This document shows positions 27,936-38,242 of a stretch of 64,000 bases of DNA, one piece after another. The notes below the pieces were generated by a model. It was not told the origin of the DNA. It ran no database searches and saw only the letters and a program-made list of their open reading frames with translations. The position numbers were made by a program, and so were the translations under genes. Source of the DNA: Candidatus Limnocylindrales bacterium (lineage in GTDB: Bacteria > Chloroflexota > Limnocylindria > Limnocylindrales > CSP1-4); the NCBI GenBank assembly GCA_035699625.1, contig DASSPM010000058.1, positions 3,078-67,077 of the forward strand, in the 5' to 3' direction. The first letter of the stretch is position 1. Each line of letters starts with the position of its first letter.

Positions 27936-28910
27936 ATGGCTCAGGCAGGCGTGCGGTCTGCGGTACCACCGACCCATCGAGCACCCGGCCGCGCTGGTCC
28001 CGACGCACCCGCGAGCCGCTTGACCGAGCTCGAGTTCTCCGTGTCCGGCGCGCACGACGACCCGATCTACGTCTGTCGCTGGGGTCCGTCGGAGGGGCGC
28101 GCGGCACTCGTGCTGGTGCACGGCTTCGGTGAGCACTGCCGCCGGTACGGCGACCTGGTCGAGATCCTCGCCGCGCACGGCCTCGCCGTCTACGGCTACG
28201 ACCTGCGCGGGCATGGCCGGTCGCCGGGCAGGCGCGGCCATGTCGGGCGCTGGGCTGAGCACCGGGCCGACCTGGCGCAGGTCGTGGGGGCCGTGCGCGC
28301 CGCGGAGCAGGGTGGGCCGGTCTTCCTGATGGGCAACAGCCTGGGTGGCCTCATCGCGCTGGAGTACGCGCTTCACCACCCCGACGGGCTCGCCGGCGTC
28401 GTCGCCAGCGCCCCGGCCCTGGCCCCGGCGGGCGTCGGCAACCGCTTCCTGAAGATGCTCGCTCGCCTCCTGACGCGCGTCTGGCCGTCCTTCTCGGTGA
28501 CCGTGCCGATGGTGCGCGAGGACGTCGAGTCGGACCTGCTGGATGACCCGGACCCGCTGCTGCACGGACGGCTCACGGCGCGTGCCGCGACCGAGGCCAT
28601 GGCCGCCATCGATTGGACCGTCGCACACGCCGCGGGCCTGCGCCTGCCGCTGCTGCTCATCCACGGGGGCGCCGACCGGCTCGTCGATCCGCGCGGCAGC
28701 CGCGCCTTCCACGCGGCGGCATCGTCCGACGACAAGGAGCTGCTCGAGTACCCGACGAACTTTCACATGCTGCGCCGAGAGGAGCGCCGCCGGACCTTCT
28801 CCGACGTCGCGGCCTGGATCGAGGCTCGCCTGAGCAACAGCACGGCTGCAAGCGGGCTGCAAGGCGAAGCGCAGGCCGCGACCCCGCACGGTGCGCGCAC
28901 GCCGGGCTAG
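27936..28910 (+). CDS. Alpha/beta hydrolase (lysophospholipase/monoacylglycerol lipase-like)
   Basis: HGFGEH oxyanion motif. Nucleophile elbow GNSLGG. Acid/His in the C-terminal region (HGGADRLVD, NFHM). Confidence 0.75.
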   Translation: MAQAGVRSAVPPTHRAPGRAGPDAPASRLTELEFSVSGAHDDPIYVCRWGPSEGRAALVLVHGFGEHCRRYGDLVEILAAHGLAVYGYDLRGHGRSPGRRGHVGRWAEHRADLAQVVGAVRAAEQGGPVFLMGNSLGGLIALEYALHHPDGLAGVVASAPALAPAGVGNRFLKMLARLLTRVWPSFSVTVPMVREDVESDLLDDPDPLLHGRLTARAATEAMAAIDWTVAHAAGLRLPLLLIHGGADRLVDPRGSRAFHAAASSDDKELLEYPTNFHMLRREERRRTFSDVAAWIEARLSNSTAASGLQGEAQAATPHGARTPG

Positions 28911-28953
28911 CCTCAGACCGCCGGCGTCCGGCCAGCATGCCACGGGGGACGAC

Positions 28954-29196
28954 ATGGACAGCATCCGACCAGCCCTCCCGGGGGTGACCAGCGAGGGCGG
29001 GCAGTCGCCGGCGCTGGACACGCCGAACGAGATCACCCCCGAGCCCGCGGGCGGCGGGCCGACGCCCCTCGACGATGCCGCGGCGGCCATCTCCGGCGTG
29101 ATGCCGGGCGCCGCGCCCGCGCTCGAGGACGTGCCGGTCCGGCGCGACGACGAGACGGGCGACCCCGAGGAGTTCGAGCCGCCCCTGATGCGTTGA
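28954..29196 (+). CDS. Small acidic, Pro-rich hypothetical protein (80 aa)
   Basis: The ORF is present, but the composition is low-complexity, so coding status is uncertain. Confidence 0.3.
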   Translation: MDSIRPALPGVTSEGGQSPALDTPNEITPEPAGGGPTPLDDAAAAISGVMPGAAPALEDVPVRRDDETGDPEEFEPPLMR

Positions 29197-29244
29197 CGAC
29201 ATCGGCCCCGGCCGAGTCCAGCGGCGGGGCCTAGACTCCGGGGC

Positions 29245-30174
29245 GTGCTCCGCCCCACCGCCCTCCCGGTGCGAGCCGTGCGCCGCGCACTGCTGGCTTG
29301 GTATACGCGCCACGGCCGGCCGCTCGCCTTCCGCGCCACGCGCGAGCCGTGGTCCGTGCTCGTCTCGGAGGTGATGGCGCAGCAGACGCAAGTGGCGCGG
29401 GTCGAGCCAGCCTGGCAGGCCTTCGTGGCCCGCTTCCCGACGCCTGCTGCCCTGGCCGCTGCGTCGCCGGCCGCGGCGCTCCAAGCCTGGGCCGGACTCG
29501 GCTACAACCGCCGAGCACTCCAGCTGCAGCGCGCGGCCGCGGCCATCGTCGAGCGTCACGGCGGCCTGGTGCCGGAGGAGCCGGGCGACCTGGAGCGGTT
29601 GCCCGGCGTCGGGCCCTACACCGCGCGGGCCGTGGCGGCCATCGCCTACGGTCGGGCGGTGGGCGCCCTCGACACCAATGGGCGCCGCGTCCTCGGGCGG
29701 GTCTCGGGTGCGGCTGGAGAGACGGTTCTGCGGCAGGTCGCCGACAGGCTGGTCGATCCCGACCGTGCCGCCGACTCGACGCACGCCCTGATGGACCTCG
29801 GAGCCACCGTCTGCCGGCCCGTCCCGGCCTGTGACGCCTGCCCGCTGCGTGGTTGGTGCGTCACCGGCGCTGCCCTTGCCGCGGGCAAGGCCACCCCGGT
29901 GCCGCTGCGGCCGGCGCGCAGGCGGCTCACGCGGACCGCGGGCGCCGGCTTCCCGGCCACTCGCCGCTGGCTGCGCGGCCGGCTCGTGGCAAGGCTGCGT
30001 GACGCGGCGGCGGGGGAGTGGCAGCACCTCGACGGCCCGCTGGGCACGCACCCGCCCGAGGCGGTGCGCGCCGCGCTGCGGGACCTGGCGGCGGAGGGCA
30101 TGGTCGAGCTCGACCCGGCCGGCCGTGCCCGGCTGCCCGCGACAGCGCCGGCGGCTACGATGGCCCGGCCATGA
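29245..30174 (+). CDS. mutY: A/G-specific adenine DNA glycosylase (MutY-family HhH-GPD glycosylase with 4Fe-4S cluster; no NUDIX-like domain evident)
   Basis: WSVLVSEVMAQQTQV...GLGYNRRA...LPGVGPYTARAV...CRPVPACDACPLRGWC: HhH-GPD fold plus Cys4 cluster loop. Confidence 0.8.
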   Translation: MLRPTALPVRAVRRALLAWYTRHGRPLAFRATREPWSVLVSEVMAQQTQVARVEPAWQAFVARFPTPAALAAASPAAALQAWAGLGYNRRALQLQRAAAAIVERHGGLVPEEPGDLERLPGVGPYTARAVAAIAYGRAVGALDTNGRRVLGRVSGAAGETVLRQVADRLVDPDRAADSTHALMDLGATVCRPVPACDACPLRGWCVTGAALAAGKATPVPLRPARRRLTRTAGAGFPATRRWLRGRLVARLRDAAAGEWQHLDGPLGTHPPEAVRAALRDLAAEGMVELDPAGRARLPATAPAATMARP

Positions 30175-30992
30175 CCGGCCCCCGGATCGCCACACCGGCC
30201 GGCGTGCCGCCCCGCACGCCGCTGCCCGCCGATGACGCCTGGCTCGGCACGGGCGGCTACGGCCTCGCCGAATTGGCGGCGCACTGGGCGCCGGCCGCGA
30301 CACTGCCGCCCATGTCGGCCGAGGCGATGCGCGGCGCCGACCGCCGCGCGCAGCGCATGGGCGTACCGGCCGAGCTGCTCATGGAGCAGGCCGGCGCGGC
30401 CGTGGCCGCCGCCGCGCGGGCGCTGCTGCACGACGTGGAGCGCGAAACAGCCGGGCCCGTCCTCCTGCTCATCGGTGCCGGCAACAACGGTGGCGACGGC
30501 AGCGTCGCCGCGCGTCACCTGGGCGCCGCGGGCATCCGTTGCGCGGTCGTGCTCGTCGATGCCGCCACCGAGCCCCGGACGCCGGAGGCGCTGCGCAACT
30601 GGCGCCGCCTCGAGGGTCTGGCCCTGGTGGAGCGGCTGCACGCCGCCACGGCCCACGACGTCGGCCTCCTCGGCCACGGCATCGAGCGGGCCGCGCTGAT
30701 CGTGGACGCGCTGCTCGGCACCGGCGTGCGCGGCCTGCTACGCGAGCCCGTGCGCGCCGCGGTGGCGCTCGCCCGGAGCGCGCGCGCCTCGGGCGTGCCG
30801 GTGCTCGCCGTTGACGCGCCCACGGCGCTCGACCTGACCAGCGGCGAGCCGTCCGACCCGGTGGTCCGGGCCGACGTGACCATCACCTTCCACCGGCCGA
30901 AGCTCGGCCTGCGCACGCGGGCCGGGCGGGCCCTGGCGGGACGGGTGCTGGTGGCGCCCATCGGCATCCCGCCCGGCGCCGACCCGGCCTGA
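30171..30992 (+). CDS. NAD(P)H-hydrate epimerase (YjeF N-terminal domain only)
   Basis: VLLLIGAGNNGGDGSVAARHL motif. 273 aa, so no C-terminal dehydratase domain. Start overlaps the MutY stop (ATGA). Confidence 0.75.
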   Translation: MTGPRIATPAGVPPRTPLPADDAWLGTGGYGLAELAAHWAPAATLPPMSAEAMRGADRRAQRMGVPAELLMEQAGAAVAAAARALLHDVERETAGPVLLLIGAGNNGGDGSVAARHLGAAGIRCAVVLVDAATEPRTPEALRNWRRLEGLALVERLHAATAHDVGLLGHGIERAALIVDALLGTGVRGLLREPVRAAVALARSARASGVPVLAVDAPTALDLTSGEPSDPVVRADVTITFHRPKLGLRTRAGRALAGRVLVAPIGIPPGADPA

Positions 30993-31006
30993 CCGGATCC
31001 GCGCCG

Positions 31007-31231
31007 GTGACCGACACACCCCCCGGCCGGCGAGGCCGGTCGAACGACCGTCCCTTGCTGCGCGTCCTGGCGGCGGCCGCGATGGTCGTGGCCGGCGTGC
31101 TCGGCGTGCAGCTGCTGGGCGTGCTCGTGCCCCCGCTCGATGACTTCCTGGCCAGTCTGCCGGTGGTCGGCGCCGCCCTGGTCGTGGTCACGCTGGCCGT
31201 GCTCGGCGGCGCGCTGCGCCACCAGCCCTGA
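31007..31231 (+). CDS. Small two-TM membrane protein (74 aa)
   Basis: GTG start. Two hydrophobic helices. Confidence 0.3.
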   Translation: MTDTPPGRRGRSNDRPLLRVLAAAAMVVAGVLGVQLLGVLVPPLDDFLASLPVVGAALVVVTLAVLGGALRHQP

Positions 31232-31392
31232 ACGGCATCTGGCGAACCCTCGACGCCTCCCGCGCGGAGGCCGGCATTTGCGGCATCTCGCCCGCGGCGC
31301 GTACCATCCGCCGCGTGACCGCCCCCCGCGGCCCTCTTCCCGGCCGCACCCCCTTCGGCACCGCCGCCGCCGCCCGCGGCACCGGCTGAGCC

Positions 31393-32829
31393 ATGGCCGT
31401 CGGCAGCTCCAACAGCTTCGACCTGATCGTTCTCGGCGCCGGCACCGGCGGCTATTCGGCCGCCTTCCGTGCCGGTCAGCTGGGCATGAAGGTCGCCCTC
31501 GTGGACCGCTCAAAGATCGGCGGCACCTGCCTGCACTGGGGCTGCATCCCGACCAAGGCGATGCTCGAGTCGGCCGAGCTCTTCGAGCGCATCAAGCGCG
31601 CCGACGAGTACGGCCTGAAGGTCGCCGACGCGAGCCTCGACTACGCCGCCGTGGCCAGGCGCCGCCAGGCCGTCGTCGACCGCCTGACCAAGGGCCTGAT
31701 GAGCCTGGTCAAGAAGAACAAGGTCGAGTGGGTCCAGGGCAGTGGTCGCCTGCAGGGGGGCAAGAAGGTCGCCGTCGAGATGATCGGCGAGGACGGCAAA
31801 CCGGGCGGCAACCGGCTGCTCGAGGCGAACGACGTGATCCTCGCCACGGGCAGCCGCGTGCGCAGCCTGCCCGGGCTCCAGCCTGACGGCAAGCGCATCG
31901 TCACGTCCGACGAGGTCTCCACCGGCGACACGCTGCCGGCCAGCATCATCGTCGTCGGCGGCGGGGCGGTCGGCGTCGAGTTCGCCTCCTTCTTCCAGGA
32001 CGCGGGCGTCAAGGTGACTCTGCTCGAGTACATGCCGACGCTCGTGCCGCTCGAGGACGCGGACGTGGCCAAGGAGCTGGAGCGCTCCTTCGTGCGCCGG
32101 GGCATGGAGGTCATCACCGGCGCCCGCTTCGATGCCGCGGGGGTGGTCGTCGACGACAGCGGCGTCTGCGTCATGGTCGGCCAGGATGGCAAGGAGGGGC
32201 AGCGTGAGCTGCGCGCCGAGCAGCTGCTGGTCTCGGTCGGCCGTGCGCCCAACAGCGACGACATCGGGCTCGACACGACGCGGGCCAAGGTCGAGAAGGG
32301 CTTCGTGCAGGTCGACCTGGCCCGGATGCGCACCGCCGAGCCGCATCTCTACGCCATCGGCGACCTCGTGGGCGGGCTGATGCTGGCCCACGTGGCGGCG
32401 CACGAGGGCCTCGCCGCGGTGGCCAGCATCGCGGGCATCGAAGCCGAGCCGGTCGACTACGACCTGATGCCCCGGGCGACGTACTCGCGACCGCAGATCG
32501 CCTCGATCGGCCGCAGCGAGCAGCAGTGCCGCGAGGCGGGCATCGAGGTCAAGACGGGCAAGTTCCCCTTCCTAGCCAGCGGCAAGGCGCTCATCGGCGG
32601 TGAGCACGAGGGCTTCGTGAAGGTCGTCGCCGACGCTGCCACCGACCGCGTGCTCGGTGTGCACATGATCGGCCCCCACGTGACCGATCTCATCAGCGAG
32701 GCCAGCACGGCCATGCTGCTCGAGGCAACGGCCTGGGAGGTCGGCGCAGCGGTGCATCCCCATCCGACGCTCTCCGAGGCGCTCGGCGAGGCGGCCCTGG
32801 CCGTCGCCGGACGCTCCATCAATTTCTGA
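31393..32829 (+). CDS. lpd: Dihydrolipoyl dehydrogenase (E3)
   Basis: FAD-binding motif DLIVLGAGTGG. Redox disulfide GGTCLHWGCIPTK. NAD-binding and dimerisation regions. Confidence 0.93.
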   Translation: MAVGSSNSFDLIVLGAGTGGYSAAFRAGQLGMKVALVDRSKIGGTCLHWGCIPTKAMLESAELFERIKRADEYGLKVADASLDYAAVARRRQAVVDRLTKGLMSLVKKNKVEWVQGSGRLQGGKKVAVEMIGEDGKPGGNRLLEANDVILATGSRVRSLPGLQPDGKRIVTSDEVSTGDTLPASIIVVGGGAVGVEFASFFQDAGVKVTLLEYMPTLVPLEDADVAKELERSFVRRGMEVITGARFDAAGVVVDDSGVCVMVGQDGKEGQRELRAEQLLVSVGRAPNSDDIGLDTTRAKVEKGFVQVDLARMRTAEPHLYAIGDLVGGLMLAHVAAHEGLAAVASIAGIEAEPVDYDLMPRATYSRPQIASIGRSEQQCREAGIEVKTGKFPFLASGKALIGGEHEGFVKVVADAATDRVLGVHMIGPHVTDLISEASTAMLLEATAWEVGAAVHPHPTLSEALGEAALAVAGRSINF

Positions 32830-32869
32830 GCGCCAGCCGGCGCCAGCCAGCCAGACGAGGCACGACCTG

Positions 32870-33904
32870 ATGGCAACGACCAAGGAACGGCCCCCCAGCG
32901 CCGAGGCGCGGGCGCTCGGCGCGGAGCTCGGGCTCTCGGCCGAGCAGCTCATCGAGATGTACCGCCTGATCGCCCTGACGCGCGCCGTCGACGAGCGCAT
33001 GTGGGTCCTCAACCGGGCCGGCAAGGTGCCCTTCGTCATCAGTGGCCAGGGCCACGAGGGGGCGCAGGTCGGCATCACCTACAGCCTGCGCAAGGGCCAC
33101 GACTGGGTCGTGCCCTTCTACCGCTCGGTGGCCATGGTGATGACCTTCGGTATGACCGCGCGCGACATCATGACCGCCCAGTTCGCGCGCGCCGACGACA
33201 CAAGCTCGGGCGGCCGCCAGATGCCCGGCCATTACGGCGCAGCGCGGCACAACATCCTCTCCACCAGCTCCCCGGTGGCGACCCAGGTGCTGCACGCCGT
33301 GGGCATCGCCCTGGCGGCCAAGATCCGCGGCACCGACCAGGTCGTGGTCACCGCGCTGGGCGAGGGCGCCAGCAACCAGGGCGACTTCCACGAGGCCCTC
33401 AACTTCGCCGGCATCCACAGGCTGCCGGTCATCACCGTGGTCGAGAACAACGGCTACGCCATCAGCGTCCCGTCGGCGCTCGAGACGGCGGTCGACGATA
33501 TCGCCGTCCGAGCCGCTGGCTACGCCATGCCCGGCATCATCGTCGACGGTGCCGACGTGCTGGGCGCCTACAAGGCGGGCCGGGAGGCGATCGAGCGCGC
33601 CCGGCGGGGCGAGGGTCCGACGCTCATCGAGGCCAAGGTGACCCGGCTCACGGCTCACTCGTCCGACGACCAGCAGACCAAGTACCGCAGCGCGGAGGAG
33701 CTCGAGCGGGAGCGCGAGCGGGACCCGCTGCCCCGCTTCCGGGCGCAGCTCATGGACGCCGGCATCCTCGACGAGGAGAAGGTGGCCGCCATCGAGACCG
33801 AGATCAAGGCCGCCGTGGACGACGCCACCGACTGGGCCGAGGCCCAGCCCGAGCCGGACCCGGCCACTGCCACCCGCCACGTCTACGCCGAGCCGGAGGC
33901 CTGA
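32870..33904 (+). CDS. 2-oxoacid dehydrogenase E1 component alpha subunit (TPP-dependent; PDH/BCKDH type)
   Basis: TPP-binding motif GEGASNQGDFHEALNFA. E1 alpha family blocks. Confidence 0.88.
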   Translation: MATTKERPPSAEARALGAELGLSAEQLIEMYRLIALTRAVDERMWVLNRAGKVPFVISGQGHEGAQVGITYSLRKGHDWVVPFYRSVAMVMTFGMTARDIMTAQFARADDTSSGGRQMPGHYGAARHNILSTSSPVATQVLHAVGIALAAKIRGTDQVVVTALGEGASNQGDFHEALNFAGIHRLPVITVVENNGYAISVPSALETAVDDIAVRAAGYAMPGIIVDGADVLGAYKAGREAIERARRGEGPTLIEAKVTRLTAHSSDDQQTKYRSAEELERERERDPLPRFRAQLMDAGILDEEKVAAIETEIKAAVDDATDWAEAQPEPDPATATRHVYAEPEA

Positions 33905-33907
33905 GCC

Positions 33908-34891
33908 ATGGCGGTCATGACGCTCATCGAGTCGATCCGCCAGACGCTCGCCGACGAGATGCGTCGCGACGAGTCGGTCATCGTCCTGGGCGAGGACGTG
34001 GGCAAGAAAGGTGGCGTCTTCCTGGCCACCGACGGGCTGCACGCCGAGTTCGGCGGCGACCGGGTGATCGATACGCCGCTGACCGAGTCGATGATCGTGG
34101 GCGCCTCCATCGGTGCCTCGGTCAACGGCCTGCGGCCCGTGCCCGAGATCCAGTTCGCCGACTTCATCTTCCCGGCCTTCAACCAGATCGTCTCCGAGCT
34201 GGCACGCATGCGCTACCGCTCCAACGGCACCTTCAACTGCCCGGTCACCATCCGGGCGCCGTACGGTGGCGGCGTGCATGGCGCGCTCTACCACAGCCAG
34301 TCGGTGGAGGCCTACTTCACCCACGTACCGGGCCTCAAGACGGTCGTGCCCTCGACGCCCTACGACGCGCGCGGCCTGCTGCGCAGCGCCATCCGCGACG
34401 ACGACCCCGTGCTCTTCTTCGAGCACAAGAAGCTCTACCGCTCGGTGCGCGGTGAGGTACCCGAGAGCGACTACACCATCCCCCTCGGGCGCGCCCAGGT
34501 GACGCGCGAGGGGCGCCACGTGACGGTGCTCGCCTACGGCCTCATGGCGCACTACGCGCTCGAGGCGGCCGACCTCGTCGAGGGAGAGGGCATCAGCGTC
34601 GAGGTCATCGACCTGCGCACGCTCCGGCCGCTCGACCGCGAGACGGTCATCGACTCGGTCAAGAAGACGGGCAAGTGCGTCATCGTCTACGAGGACAACC
34701 GCTTCGGCGGCTATGGCGCCGAGATCGCGGCCATCCTGGCCGAGGACGCCTTCGACTACCTCGACGGTCCGATCGTGCGCGTCACCGGCCCCGATGTGCC
34801 CGGCGTGCCCTACGCCCACACGCTCGAGGACTGGTTCATGATCGACCCGGACCGCATCGTCGCCGCCATCCGCCAGCTGGCGGCCTACTGA
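33908..34891 (+). CDS. 2-oxoacid dehydrogenase E1 component beta subunit
   Basis: Transketolase-like pyrimidine-binding and C-terminal domains (DTPLTESMIVGASIGASVNGLRP...). Confidence 0.88.
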   Translation: MAVMTLIESIRQTLADEMRRDESVIVLGEDVGKKGGVFLATDGLHAEFGGDRVIDTPLTESMIVGASIGASVNGLRPVPEIQFADFIFPAFNQIVSELARMRYRSNGTFNCPVTIRAPYGGGVHGALYHSQSVEAYFTHVPGLKTVVPSTPYDARGLLRSAIRDDDPVLFFEHKKLYRSVRGEVPESDYTIPLGRAQVTREGRHVTVLAYGLMAHYALEAADLVEGEGISVEVIDLRTLRPLDRETVIDSVKKTGKCVIVYEDNRFGGYGAEIAAILAEDAFDYLDGPIVRVTGPDVPGVPYAHTLEDWFMIDPDRIVAAIRQLAAY

Positions 34892-34961
34892 CCGCGCCGG
34901 GACGGATGCGCCACACTACGCACGACAAGCGACCGCAGCAGCCAGGTCGGAGGACTGCCCC

Positions 34962-36422
34962 GTGCCGAAGGTGACGATGCCCCAGCTCGGCGAGAGCGTC
35001 GCCGAGGGGACCATCGGCAAGTGGCTCAAGAAGGTCGGCGACCACGTCGACAAGTACGAGCCGATCGTCGAGGTCATCACCGACAAGGTCAACGCCGAGG
35101 TGCCCTCGCCCTTCGAGGGGACGCTGACCGCGATCCTCGTCCAGGAGGGCGAGACGGTCCCCAACAACGCCGAGATCGCCGTCATCGACGGGGCCGGCGA
35201 GGCGGGGGCCGAGGCGGCCACGGCCCCGGCGCCTACCACCGCCACCACGGCGGCGCCCGCCGCGGCCGGCAACGGCCGCGCCGAGCCGACCGTGCTGGGC
35301 ACCGGCCACGGTCCGGCCGGCTCCGACGAGCGCCCCGTGGAGGAGATGCGTCCCGCCGCGAGCGCCGCCAGCGCGCCCGCGGCCACCACCGCCCCGCCCG
35401 CCGCGCAGGCGCCGGCCCAGCGCTACGACGGCCCGGTCACACCGGCCGTACGCCGTCTGGCGCGCGAGCACGGCATCGACCTGGCCCTGGTTGCCGGCAC
35501 CGGCCACGGCGGGCGCGTCACGCGCGAGGACGTGCTGGCCTACGTGGAGCAGCAGCGCAGCGGTGCCGCACCTGCGGCGGCTGCCACTCCCGCGGCCGCG
35601 ACCGCGACCCCCGCTGCTCCGCCCGCGGCGCCCGCCGCTCCGGCCCCGGCAGCGCCGCAGGCGCAGACTGTCGCTCCGGCCGCGGCCGAGCCGCCGGCGC
35701 CGCCGCGCCCGACCGAGGACCAGCTCAAGCCGACCACGCCGATGCGCAAAGCCATCGCGGCGCACATGGTGCTGGCCAAGCAGACCGCGCCGCACGCCTA
35801 CACCACGGTCGAGGTCGACATGTCCGGCGTGGTCGCCCTGCGCGAGTCGGTCAAGGGCCGTTACCAGGCCCAGGAGGGCGTGGCCCTCTCGTTCGTGGCC
35901 ATCGTGGCCAAGGCGGTCGTGGAAGCCCTCAAGCGGCATCCCGACCTCAACGCCCACTGGACCGAACAGGGGCTGCTGCGCAAGGCTGCCATCAACCTGG
36001 GCATCGCCGTGGCCGTGGAGGACGGCCTGATCGTGCCCGTCATCAAGAACGCCGACCAGTACAGCATCCACGGGCTGAACCTCTTCCTCCAGGACTACGC
36101 CGCGCGCGCCCGCGCCGGCAAGCTCAAGCTGGACGAGGTGCAGGGCGGCAGCTTCACGCTCAATAACACCGGCTGGTTCGGCTCGGTGGCCAGCCAGCCC
36201 ATCGTCAACGTGCCGGAGGTGGCCATCCTCTCGATGGAGGCCATCGTCAAGCGGCCGGTGGTCATCGAAACGGCCAACGGCGACACCATCGGCATCCGCC
36301 CGATGATGAACGTCTGCGTCAGCTTCGACCACCGCGGCACCGACGGCGCGCAGGTGGGCCGCTTCGTGCAGGACGTGCGCCGCTGGCTGGAGAACGTCGA
36401 CGCCCAGACGCCCGTCTGGTAG
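34962..36422 (+). CDS. Dihydrolipoamide acyltransferase (E2) with lipoyl domain, Ala/Pro linker, E3-binding domain and catalytic domain
   Basis: Lipoyl-lysine context VEVITDKV. Peripheral subunit-binding domain VTPAVRRLAREHGIDLALVAGTGHGGRVTREDV. Catalytic DHRGTDG. GTG start with a GGAGG-like ribosome-binding site. Confidence 0.9.
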   Translation: MPKVTMPQLGESVAEGTIGKWLKKVGDHVDKYEPIVEVITDKVNAEVPSPFEGTLTAILVQEGETVPNNAEIAVIDGAGEAGAEAATAPAPTTATTAAPAAAGNGRAEPTVLGTGHGPAGSDERPVEEMRPAASAASAPAATTAPPAAQAPAQRYDGPVTPAVRRLAREHGIDLALVAGTGHGGRVTREDVLAYVEQQRSGAAPAAAATPAAATATPAAPPAAPAAPAPAAPQAQTVAPAAAEPPAPPRPTEDQLKPTTPMRKAIAAHMVLAKQTAPHAYTTVEVDMSGVVALRESVKGRYQAQEGVALSFVAIVAKAVVEALKRHPDLNAHWTEQGLLRKAAINLGIAVAVEDGLIVPVIKNADQYSIHGLNLFLQDYAARARAGKLKLDEVQGGSFTLNNTGWFGSVASQPIVNVPEVAILSMEAIVKRPVVIETANGDTIGIRPMMNVCVSFDHRGTDGAQVGRFVQDVRRWLENVDAQTPVW

Positions 36423-36425
36423 GCT

Positions 36426-36464
36426 CGAACGCCGGGCAGCGTCGGCGCGCCGTCGTCGCGTTCG
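36426..36464 (+). terminator. Imperfect extended hairpin (cgaacgc ... gcgttcg) immediately after the E2 stop
   Basis: 7-bp outer stem enclosing a GC-rich partly self-complementary 25-nt segment. May attenuate read-through into the 36504 gene and lipA. Confidence 0.25.
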
Positions 36465-36503
36465 GACCGTCACCACCACGTCAGAGTCCGTCATGAGCGT
36501 CCC

Positions 36504-37091
36504 GTGTCCGAGCCGACCCCCCGTCCGCGCCTGAGCATCGAGGAGCGCGCTGCTCGCCGAGAGCAGCTGCTGCACGGGGACCGCGACCGCTTCCAGAACC
36601 TCGTGCGCAGCCTCCAGGCGGGCCGCGAGCTGTCGCTCTCCGACGCACGCCGGCAACGCTTCGCCTGGCATCCCATCGCGCGCAGCCTGGCCGTCATCGC
36701 CGCCATCGTCCTGGTCGAGTACCTGGCCGTGATCGTGGTCCATAACGCCTTTCGGGACGCGCGCGTGGAGACCTGGCAGGGAGCCGACAACAGCGTGCAG
36801 TCGGGTCAGCGCCTGGCTGGCTGCCCGACGGTGAACGTCCTGCACGACGAGGTCTTCCCGACCTGGCTGCGCTACGGCGGGCGCACCTACCGCTGGACGG
36901 AGCGCTACCGGCCGGTGCTCGGCGCCGTGCCCGGGGAGACCGGCTTCACGGAGACCGGCTACAGCCTGGGCAGCCTGCGTCTCCTGGTCGAGGACCGCAC
37001 GCCCGACGGGCGGGCCCGCCGGTTCGTGCTCATCCACCAGTCGCCGGCCGTCGCGGCCAAAGTCTTCGAAGAGGAGCCGGACTGCTCCTGA
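36504..37091 (+). CDS. Hypothetical protein with one TM helix (195 aa)
   Basis: GTG start. TM segment LAVIAAIVLVEYLAVIVV. Sits between E2 and lipA. Confidence 0.45.
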   Translation: MSEPTPRPRLSIEERAARREQLLHGDRDRFQNLVRSLQAGRELSLSDARRQRFAWHPIARSLAVIAAIVLVEYLAVIVVHNAFRDARVETWQGADNSVQSGQRLAGCPTVNVLHDEVFPTWLRYGGRTYRWTERYRPVLGAVPGETGFTETGYSLGSLRLLVEDRTPDGRARRFVLIHQSPAVAAKVFEEEPDCS

Positions 37092-37127
37092 CGCGCTCGC
37101 GGCGCGGCCCTAGACTCTGCCTGAGCG

Positions 37128-38180
37128 ATGGGACGAGAGCTGCCGATCTTCCAGCCCGCCGGCGAGGCCGGCCACGTGCCCCACGCGCCGCTCACGATCG
37201 CCATGGGCGGCGGCTCGTTCGAGGCGGCGGCAGACGGCTCCACCGCGCAGCGCCGCCATCCCGACTGGATCCGGGCCCGCCTGCCGACCGGCGAGAACTA
37301 CCACGACCTGAAGGGCATCCTGCGCGGCCTGACGCTCAATACGGTCTGCGAGGAGGCCCGCTGCCCGAATATCGGCGAGTGCTGGGAGCAGCGCACGGCG
37401 ACGATCATGATCCTGGGCGACGTCTGCACTCGCGCCTGTGGCTTCTGCGCCGTCAGGACCGGCCGCCCCAGCTGGGACGACGCCGACGAGCCGCGGCGCG
37501 TGGCCGAGGCCGTGGCGGCCATGCAGCTGGAGCATTGCGTCGTCACCAGCGTCGCCCGGGACGACCTGCCCGACGGTGGGGCGCACATCTTCGCCGAGAC
37601 CATCCGCGCCCTGCGCCGGGAGTGCCCCGGCATGGGCGTCGAGGTGCTCATCCCCGACTTCAACGGGCAGGAGCCGCCGCTGCGGGCGGTGATGGAGGCC
37701 GGCCCGGACATCCTCAACCACAACGTCGAGACGGTCGAGCGGCTCCAGAAGCCGGTGCGCCGGCGTGCCCGCTACGACCGCTCGCTGGGCGTCCTGGCCT
37801 CGGCCAAGCGGCTCAGCCGCGAGCTGACCGGGCGGGACGACGCGGTCCACACCAAGTCGAGCCTGATGGTCGGCCTGGGCGAGACGCGCGCGGAGCTGTC
37901 GCAGACGTTCCGCGACCTGCGCGCCGTGGACTGCGACATCCTGACCATCGGGCAGTACCTGCGGCCCACGCTGCAGCACCTGCCGCTCGAGCGCTACTAC
38001 CATCCCGACGAGTTCGCGGAGATGAAGGTGGAGGCGCTGGCGCTGGGCTTCCGGCACGTGGAGTCGGGGCCTCTGGTGCGCTCCTCCTACCACGCCCGTG
38101 ACCAGGTGCCCGAGGCGGCTCGCCGGGCGCGCAGCCCGCGGCAGGCGGCGCTGGCCGCCAACGGGCTGGCCAGCGACTGA
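37128..38180 (+). CDS. lipA: Lipoyl synthase
   Basis: Auxiliary cluster CEEARCPNIGEC plus radical-SAM CTRACGFC motif. Confidence 0.93.
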   Translation: MGRELPIFQPAGEAGHVPHAPLTIAMGGGSFEAAADGSTAQRRHPDWIRARLPTGENYHDLKGILRGLTLNTVCEEARCPNIGECWEQRTATIMILGDVCTRACGFCAVRTGRPSWDDADEPRRVAEAVAAMQLEHCVVTSVARDDLPDGGAHIFAETIRALRRECPGMGVEVLIPDFNGQEPPLRAVMEAGPDILNHNVETVERLQKPVRRRARYDRSLGVLASAKRLSRELTGRDDAVHTKSSLMVGLGETRAELSQTFRDLRAVDCDILTIGQYLRPTLQHLPLERYYHPDEFAEMKVEALALGFRHVESGPLVRSSYHARDQVPEAARRARSPRQAALAANGLASD

Positions 38181-38242
38181 CCAGCGCCGGCTGGCGTCGG
38201 CCGCCGGGGCGACCCGCCCGGCGCCGATCGGCTTGAGTACGA